Assembly: GCA_038087875.1 (NCBI GenBank)
Contig: CM075981.1
Coordinates: forward strand, 19,840,001-19,904,000
Direction of reading: 5' to 3'
Length of the DNA stretch: 64,000 nucleotides
From: Malacoraja senta
Lineage: Eukaryota
The position numbers were made by a program, and so were the translations under genes. Under the pieces are notes generated by a model. It was not told where the DNA came from. It did not search any database and saw only the letters and a program-made list of their open reading frames with translations. The number at the start of each line of letters is the position of its first letter. Positions within the stretch are counted from its first letter, which is position 1. Positions 56,199 to 64,000 of this stretch are shown here, piece by piece.

Positions 56199-59100
56199 GT
56201 AGGGCACACCCACCAGGGCACACTCACTGGGGCACGCCCACCAGGGCACACTCACTGGGGCACGCTCACCTGAGCACACACTGAGGAAAACCCCCTGGGA
56301 CACACCCGCTGGGTAACACTCACCGGGGCACACTCATCAGGGCATACTCATGGGGACACACTCACTGGCACAGTTAATAGGTTACACCCTCTGGGGCACA
56401 CTCATTGACACACTCACAGGGCACTATCGTGGGGGAACAATCACTGGAGCACACTCACTATGACACACTCACAGGCACATTCACCATGACAAACGCAAGG
56501 GCACACTCATAGACACAATTCCCATGACACATTCATGCGCAGATTCACCAGGGCACACTCACAGGCACAGTCACTGGCACACACTCACAGACACACTCAC
56601 AGACACACTCACGGCCACACTCACCATGCCACACGCACCACAACACACTCAAGGGCACATTCACAGGCACACTCACTAGGGTCTGTGCACTGAGGCTAGG
56701 GCACACACATCATGACACATTCACCGTAGCACACCCATCAGTGCACCCACAAAGGCACATTCACCAGGGCACACTCGATGGGAACACTTACCTTCGCACA
56801 CTTACAGTGACACCCAGGAGCACACTTGATGGGCACACTCAATGGGTACATTCATCAGGCACACTCACAGGGGCACACATCTTGGGTCACTCGCCAACTC
56901 AGGCCGACTGGGACACATTTGCTGTACTTGCGCATCAATGCTGACTGGCTGCATACACCTGCTGGGTCACACTGCCAACACTCATAAAATCACACCTGCA
57001 GGGGCACACTCAGTCACATCTGCCAGCGTACACTAGCCGCTCTCAATCCTCTGTACTTAGCATCGTACTCACCTTGTCATAATCTGTGGTCACACTCACC
57101 ACAGTCACATCACTGGGTCACACTCACTGGACCCACACCCACATTGCTTACAGCTGCCAGGATCACTCATGCTCACCACTCTTGCTATGCTCACACTCAC
57201 CTGGATCAGACAGACGGGACTCACAATCAATGGTGTGACACCGTGCTCACATTCACAGGATTCACTGTCACAGCAAGGGTCACTTGTCAGTCACACTCAC
57301 ATGGGGTCGAACACACACTCTCTCAATCTCTCCCTCCTTCTCTCTCTCGACCTCCCTCCTTCTCCCAATCTCTCCCTCCCTCTCTCTCTCTCTTACACTC
57401 TCTCTCTCCCAACACTTTCTCCCACTCTTTCTCTCCCTTCCCTCTTTAATCTCTCAATTCTCTCTTTGCCTCTATCTCTATCCCTCTCTCTCACTTCCCC
57501 CCTCCCTCCCACTCTCCCTCACTCTCACCCTATATCTCTCACCTCCCCTCCTTCCCTCTCTCTCTCCACCACTCCCTTTCTCCACCCTTCCCTCCCCCTC
57601 TCTCCACCCCTCCCTCCCTCTCTCCTCTCGCCTTTTTGGCAGTCATTGTTTATTGGGTTCTGCCACATTCCTTTGCAAAGGACCTTAAAGCAGCAATAAA
57701 ACATCAAGGAGGCTCTGGAACTGCTGACAAACATAATGTGGTCAGACAGAACCAAAGCTTTCTGAGTTGCCTCCCACAAATCCGCTCAACACCACAATAC
57801 TGCTTCAGTAACCACACACACAAACACTGTGACAACAACATAAAAATAAGTACAAATACTCCAACATAATCTGTCTACACTGCACCATGGTCCAGGACAT
57901 TGGCGTTCAGAGCCCCCTCCCCATCGCTCATGAAATTGGTAATCACTCATGCATGTTTTTAGATCCTTTTTTAGCCTTTACAAGGGAGTTTCTTGCAGTC
58001 ATAATTATTTTATCATGGTATTACATTCATCTCTGTACACTGATTGGTGTCTCAGAGTCCCTCGCTCTCAGGGAGATATCTGTACACTGACTCTCTCTGT
58101 ACACTGACTGTCTCTATACACTTTCTCCATACACTGCCCCTGTACACTGACTGTGGTAGAGTTGCTGCCTTACAGCGCTTTCAGTGCCAGAGACCCGAGT
58201 TCGATACTGACTGCAGGTGCCGTCTGTATGGAGTTTGTATGTTCTCCCTGTGACCTGCGTGCGTTTTCTCCGAGACCTTCGCTTTGCTCCCACACTCCAA
58301 AGACGTACAGGTTTGTAGGTTAATTGGCTTGGTATAAATGTAAAAATTGTCCCTAGTGTGTGTAGGGTAGTAATAATGTGTGGGGTTCGCTGGTCAGCGC
58401 GGACTCGGTGGGCTGAAGGGCCTGTTTCCGCGCCATATGTCTATCTCTAAACTCTCTCCATACATTCTCTGTACACTCTCTCTCCACACTCTACACAGTA
58501 TCTGTGCACTCTCTTTGTATACTCTGTACACAGTCTCTGTACACTCTCTACATAATCTCTATACACTCTCTCTGTACACTGTCTCTGTACACTGACTGTA
58601 CACGCTCTCTGTACACTCTCTCTGCACACTATAAAGTCTCTGTATAGTCTGCACATTGTCTCTGTGTATCTCTACACTGACTGTACTATCTCTCTATGTA
58701 CACTGAGTCTCTGTACATTGTCCCTGTACACTCTTTCTGTAAACTGACGGTCTATGCACTCTCTTTCTCTGCACACTCTCACTGTACACAGTCTGTACAA
58801 TCTCTAACAGCATTAACACCTTGACCCGTCAGAACCTCTGTCAGGAAAACTTCTGCGAGTCGCTGGGGCTTGGCCACATTGGGACGGTGTGTGAGGTGGA
58901 CAGTGGTCAGAACTGTGCCGTGGTCCAGGACATCGGCCTTCAGAGTGCCTTCACCATCGCTCATGAAATTGGTAATCACGTGCCTGGTTTTAAGTTCTTT
59001 TTTTTGCCTTTACAGGGGAGTTTTCTGCATAGTCACAATATTTTTGAACAATTATCATGGTATTACATTTATCAATACTGCTGTTTGTGCAGTTTGTAAA

Positions 59101-62100
59101 CAACAGGCACCAAATTACAATATATTTAACTCCACGATACATTCGAGCCCCTGCGGTGATCAACGTTCATGGAAGGCCCCCAGATTCCCCGTGAACACCA
59201 TGTGTTCCCTCTCCAGGGACACGCGGGCACGGAAGTAAGCCCGGAAGAAGGGCAGGCAGTCGACTTGGGTAGAGACATCACTGCCCATCCCCTGGACCCG
59301 ACAATGGCCACCTTGGCCAGGCCCAGGAGCAAACCGACAGGGAGACCCTCCCTCCCCTCCCTGACCCACCCCCTCCGTATGGGGTAACCAAAGGGCAGGA
59401 GCATGGGGCTGAAATACAGCCAAATCAGGGGAGCAGCCTCGTGCAATACTCCCACAGGGGCTGTAACCTCTCACATTCCATGTACACACAGTGACAGGCG
59501 GCTGGCGTGTCCGTGACCCGACGTACAAACCTATTACACGGCATGGCTGTGTACAACACCCCCCACCCCGGGTCCCTGATATAAAGGGAGAGGCCTCCCA
59601 CACAGAGAGAGACCTCCACTGGGGACCCTCCCCGCTGTCGGACAGTGGAACAGCCCGCCATGGCGTGTCCGGACGGGAGACGAGGGTGAGGAAGTGTAGA
59701 GTGTGCAGGAGCATCCCGTACAGCAAGCATTTCCCTGCGTCACGGCGCCTTGGGTATCTCGGAGACGGCTCATGTTGTGTGGGACCAGCTCCCGGGAAAG
59801 ATCCTGGGCCTTGGGTCTGGCGAGCAATTCCAGTGGAGCGGGGTTAGGCCCGTTCGGAATCACTCCATGCTCACGACAATCTCCGACACCCATCGTGACA
59901 GGGGGAGGACTGGCCACTCTCATAGCTACAACACCCCCTCCCTCTGAAGAGTAGCATGTTGGCGGAAAGTGACCAAATTTTAGGCTCTTAATTGCTCACA
60001 GTAAATACTTGGCCAACCTAGTTTTTACAAGGCTTAAAGCTGACCAGATATGGGACATCCTTGGCGCACTCTCCTTCCATAGTGAAGAGGCCCCAGAAAG
60101 GATCCGTTAACCTTTACGAGACTCTCTGCAGTAGCTTACAAAAGCCGGACTTGGGCTACGAAATGCGGCCTTAGTCCAAACACTTGCAGAGTCCTGAAAA
60201 GTTAGTCATGATCCATCCTGTCAAACACTTTCTCCTGATCAAGGGATAGAAAGGCGACTGAATGACTAACTTTCAGTTAGTCTGAACGAACAACTTCTAG
60301 GAAAGGTGGGTCGTGGAGCAGATGGATGTTGTCCTGGGTGGACCAGCCAGGATGTTGTAGGACCGGTCAGGGTGGATCACTTGGACCAGCACGGAGCCTG
60401 TCAATTTGCCATTGGCCGGGCATAAGGAAGCTTGTACTTTGTGCTGAGGCGAGACACTGGGCACTATTCCTTAACATAGAAACATAGAAACATAGAAAAT
60501 AGGTGCCGGAGTAGGCCATTCGGCCCTTTGAGCCTGCACCACCATTCAATATGATCATGGCTGATCATCCAACTCAGTATCCTGTACCTGCCTTCTCTCC
60601 ATACCCCCTGATCCCTTTAGCCACAAGGGCCACATCTAACTCCCTCTTAAATAAAGCCAATGAACTGGCCTCAACTACCTTCTGTGGCAGAAAATTCCAC
60701 AGATTCACCACTCTCTGAGTGAAAAATGATTTTCTCATCTCGGTCCTAAAAGACTTCCCCCTTATCCTTAAACTGTGACCCCTTGTTCTGGACTGCCCCA
60801 ACATCTGGAACAATCTTCCTGCATCTAGCCTGTCCAACCCCTTAAGAATTTTGTAAGTTTCTATAAGATCCCCCCTCAATCTTCTAAATTCTAGCGAGTA
60901 CAAGCCGAGTCTATCCAGTCTTTATTCATATGAAAGTCCTGCCATCCCAGGAATCAGTCTGGTGAACCTTCTCTGTACTCCCTCTATGGCAAGAATGTCT
61001 TTCCTCAGATTAGGAGACCAAAAATGTACGCAATACTCCAGGTGTGGCCTCACCAAGACCCTGTACAACTGCAGTAGAACCTCCCTGCTCTTATACTCAA
61101 ATCCTTTTGCTATGAATGCTAGCATACCATTCGCTTTCTTCACTGCCTGCTGCAGCTGCATGCCTACTTTCAATGACTGGTGTACCATGACACCCAGGTC
61201 TCGTTGCATCTCCCCTTTTTCCTAATCGGCCACCATTCAGATAATAGTCTACTTTCCTGTTTTTGCCACCAAAGTGGATAACCTCACATTTATTCACATT
61301 ATACTGCATCTGCCATGCATTTGCCCACTCACCCAACCTATCTAAGTCACCTTGCAGCCTCCTAGCATCCTCCTCAAAGCTAACACTGCCCCCCATCTTC
61401 ATGTCATCCGCAAATTTGGAGATGTTGCATTCAATTCCCTCATCCAGTTCATTAATATATATTGTAAATAGCTGGGGTCCCAGCACTGAGCCTTGCGGTA
61501 CCCCACTAGTCACTGCCTGCCATTCTGAAAAGGACCCGTTTACTCCTACTCTTTGCTTCCTGTCTGCCAGCCAGTTCTCTATCCACATCAATACTGAACC
61601 CCCCAATACCGTGTGCTTTAAGTTTGCATACTAATCTCTTATATGGGACCTTGTCGAAAGCCTTCTGAAAGTCCAGATATAACACATCCACTGGTTCTCC
61701 CTTATTCACTCTACTAGTTACATCCTCGAAAAATTCTATAAGATTCGTCAGACATGATTTACCTTTCATAAATCCATGCTGACTTTGTCCAATGATTTCA
61801 CCACTTTCCAAATGTGCTGCTATCCCATCTTTAATAACTGACCAGCATTTCCCCCACTACCAATGTTAGACTAACTGGTCTGTAATTCCCCGTTTTCTCT
61901 CTCCCTCCCTTTTTAAAAAGTGGGGTTGCATTAGCTACCCTCCAATCCTCAGGAACTACTCCAGAATCTAAAGAGTTTTGAAAAATTATCACTAATGCAT
62001 CCACTATTTCTGGGGCTACTTCCTTAAGTACTCTGGGATGCAGCCTATCTGGCCCTGGGGATTTATCGGCCTTTAATCCATTCAATTTACCTAACCACTT

Positions 62101-63748
62101 CCCAGCTAACCTGGATTTCACTCAGTTCCTCCATCTCATTTGACCCCCGGTCCCTTGCTATTTCCGGCAGATTATTTATGTCTTCCTTAATGTCTTCCTC
62201 AGTTATTCAATTGGTCTGCCATGTCCTTGCTCCCCATGATCAATTCACTAGTTTCTGGCTGCAAGGGACCTACATTTGTTTTAACTAATCTTTTTCTCTT
62301 CACATATCTATAAACACTTTTGCAGTCAGTTTTTATGTTCCCTGCCAGTTTTCTTTCATAATCTATTTTCCCTTTCCTAATTAAGCCCTTTGTCCTCCTC
62401 TGCTGGACTGAATTTCTCCCAGTCCTCTGGTAGGCTGCTTTTTCTGGCTAATTTGTATGCTTCACCTTTTGTTTTGATACTATCCCTGATTTCCCTTGTT
62501 ATCCCCAGATGCACTACCTTCCCTGATTTATTCTTTTGCCAAACTGGGATGAACAATTGTTGTAGTTCATCCATGCAGTCTTTAAATGCCTTCCATTGCA
62601 TATCCCTTTAAGAATCACTTGCCAGTCTATCTTGGCCAATTCACATCTCATACCCTCAAGTTACCTTTCTTTAAGTTCAGAACCCTTGTTTCTGAATTAA
62701 CAATGTCACTCTCCATCCTAATGAATTTAAAAACACAGATAACCAAAATCCTTCTGGGATGTCCTTAGGGGCAACTACATGAAGATCCTGAGGGAAAACA
62801 TGGTCACCGGGGAGATGCCCCTCTGCCCCTCTCATGAGGTAGTTGTCGTCCTGCCGCCCAAGCCCTGTCAGCCCCTCCATCCCAGGGGACATGCCCCTCC
62901 TGAGTGGTGCTGGGCATCGGTCAGCTCCCCCAATGCCAGGCGACCATTGAGATGTGGGAAACATCTGGGCCGACGGTTGGTAGGCCCTTCCAAAAGACCC
63001 CTCACGTCCTCGTTGGATGGATCCGACGAGAACAGCCTTGTAAAAGGACCAGGTTAAGGCACTAATCCTGTGCAGATCTGTGACAGTGGGGCAGTGTCTG
63101 CAGGTAACTCCACAAGCTACCAGGAAACATCACCATCCAGAGAGTAGAAGGGTGAAGTGTGGTCCAAATCATGCCATGTCTGGACCCATGACCTCACGTA
63201 TAAACCACAGGACCACTCAAGCTGCAAGTCCCTCAGTGCAGCTTCCCTCTCTTGTACAATCGCCACTGGAGTGTGTACCCACAATCCGACCCAGGCCATA
63301 CTCCAAGTCGAGCACCTCTCCCACAAGGCATCCGATTCATATTTCCCAACTCTTGGTTGACCCTCATGCAGACCCCTGGCCATATGAGCCATTCCCACAG
63401 TCCACCAAAACCTTCCAAAGTCTCACCACTTTTTAATGCTCTCTGACAACTAACCCTTCTAATTTTATTTCAGTGACTCACAGAGCTCCTATTAGTGTCT
63501 GACCTTGAAGTGTACTGGGACAGTGTAGAGGGAGCTTCACTCTGTGTCTGATTTTGTCAATGTTCTCTCCCTATTCGCAGGACATCTCATCGGTATGGCA
63601 CACGACAACTCGGAGATTTGTGTGCAGATGGGGGAGGACTCCTGGGGTCACCAGATGATGTCTCCCATGTTGTCCAGAGTCAACATGGCTGCGCCCTGGT
63701 CTCTCTGCAGCTTTCGCTTATCCCTCGGATTCTTTGCAAGTGGCAGGG
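55785..63748 (+). CDS. Divergent ADAMTS metalloprotease, aggrecanase clade (ADAMTS1/4/5/8/15-like); 3' part beyond the window
   Basis: Three exons with the family's intron positions (TRE|, HEIG|, GRG|) give an M12B catalytic domain with HEIGHLIGMAHD and the Met-turn MMSP. Confidence 0.92.
56200..57310. repeat. AC-rich degenerate minisatellite (gggcacactcac)
   Basis: Starts immediately after the ADAMTS exon donor. Confidence 0.9.
57887..58030 (+). pseudogene. Partial duplicate of ADAMTS exon 2 3' end, its donor and adjacent intron
   Basis: VQDIGVQSPLPIAHEIG|gtaatcac, then about 90 nt similar to 58972-59080. Confidence 0.85.
58150..58455 (+). mobile_element. HE1/V-SINE-like tRNA-derived SINE
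   Basis: B-box gagttcgatac, core ggagtttgtatgttctccc, CR1-like 3' end. Confidence 0.85.
58440..58800. repeat. tctctgtacac minisatellite
   Basis: Many degenerate 11-13-nt units. Confidence 0.88.
58833..58971 (+). CDS. ADAMTS-like catalytic exon 2
   Basis: cag|aac ... att g|gtaat; NLCQENFCESLGLGHIGTVCEVDSGQNCAVVQDIGLQSAFTIAHEIG. Confidence 0.93.
59150..60330 (-). mobile_element. Tx1-clade LINE fragment
   Basis: GLLLGLAKVAI.GSR and LYIRDPGW.VLY..MPCNRFV frames homologous to 52499-53174. Confidence 0.8.
60473..62723 (-). mobile_element. CR1 LINE, ~2.25 kb, frameshifted RT
   Basis: Same family as 2614-4860; (AACATAGA)3 tail. Confidence 0.96.
62760..63440 (-). mobile_element. Degraded L1/Tx1-clade fragment
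   Basis: Weak similarity (PFYSLDGDVSW) to ORF2 C-terminal region. Confidence 0.45.
63581..63748 (+). CDS. ADAMTS-like catalytic exon 3
   Basis: cag|ga cat ... agg g|gtgag; HLIGMAHDNSEICVQMGEDSWGHQMMSPMLSRVNMAAPWSLCSFRLSLGFFASGRG. Confidence 0.93.
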
Positions 63749-63769
63749 GTGAGCATTCGTGCAGGTGGG

Positions 63770-64000
63770 GCTGTGAGGGAGCGCCGCACTGTGGGAGGGG
63801 CGGTAAGAGAGGGCCGCGCTGTGGGAGGGGCAGTGAGGGAGCCCCACGCTGTGGGGGGGGGGCGGTGAGGGGGCGCAGCACTGTGGGAGTGGCTGTGAGG
63901 GAGTGCTGCGCTGTGGGAGTGGCGGTGAGGGTGCGCCACGCTGTGGGAGTGGTGGTGGAGCGCTGCGATGTTGGAGGGGCGGTGAAGGTGCCATGCGCCG
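63770..64000. repeat. ~30-bp GC-rich minisatellite
   Basis: gtgagggagcgccgcactgtgggaggggcg units, about 8 copies. Confidence 0.88.

Noticed and set aside
42950-58455. tRNA genes at ~42955, ~50045 and ~58155
   Set aside because: A/B boxes run into SINE bodies with LINE-like tails; no cloverleaf.
52350-64000. CRISPR-like arrays in the tandem repeats
   Set aside because: Vertebrate DNA; units are contiguous degenerate minisatellites without unique spacers or cas genes.

Overview
Eukaryotic vertebrate genomic DNA, most likely a cartilaginous fish such as a skate. This is inferred from CR1 LINEs with (AACATAGA)n tails, HE1/V-SINE-like SINEs, Penelope-like ends and Rex1/Tx1 elements. All genes are on the + strand. 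(1) NDUFS2 exons 3-14 (7090-15634); every exon matches the mammalian length except exon 7, which has one extra G. (2) An FcR-gamma gene (FCER1G, 16512-27107) with an extra exon that gives the protein two canonical ITAMs instead of one, plus a tandem splice acceptor that could disable ITAM1. (3) A CD2/SLAM-family-like locus (frameshifted Ig C2 exon plus a stalk/TM/short-tail exon) inside a 5-6 kb tandem segmental duplication; the second copy has lost the Ig exon. (4) The first three coding exons of a divergent aggrecanase-clade ADAMTS (55785 to >63748) with an intact HEIGHLIGMAHD zinc motif, where a signal peptide appears to join the catalytic domain almost directly, without the usual prodomain. 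The rest is retroelement and transposon debris (CR1, L1, Tx1, Rex1, RTE, Penelope with hammerhead cores, BEL/Pao, Harbinger and hAT MITEs), minisatellites and GA/CT low-complexity tracts. Gene models were read by eye from splice signals and recalled homologous protein sequences; no database search was run.
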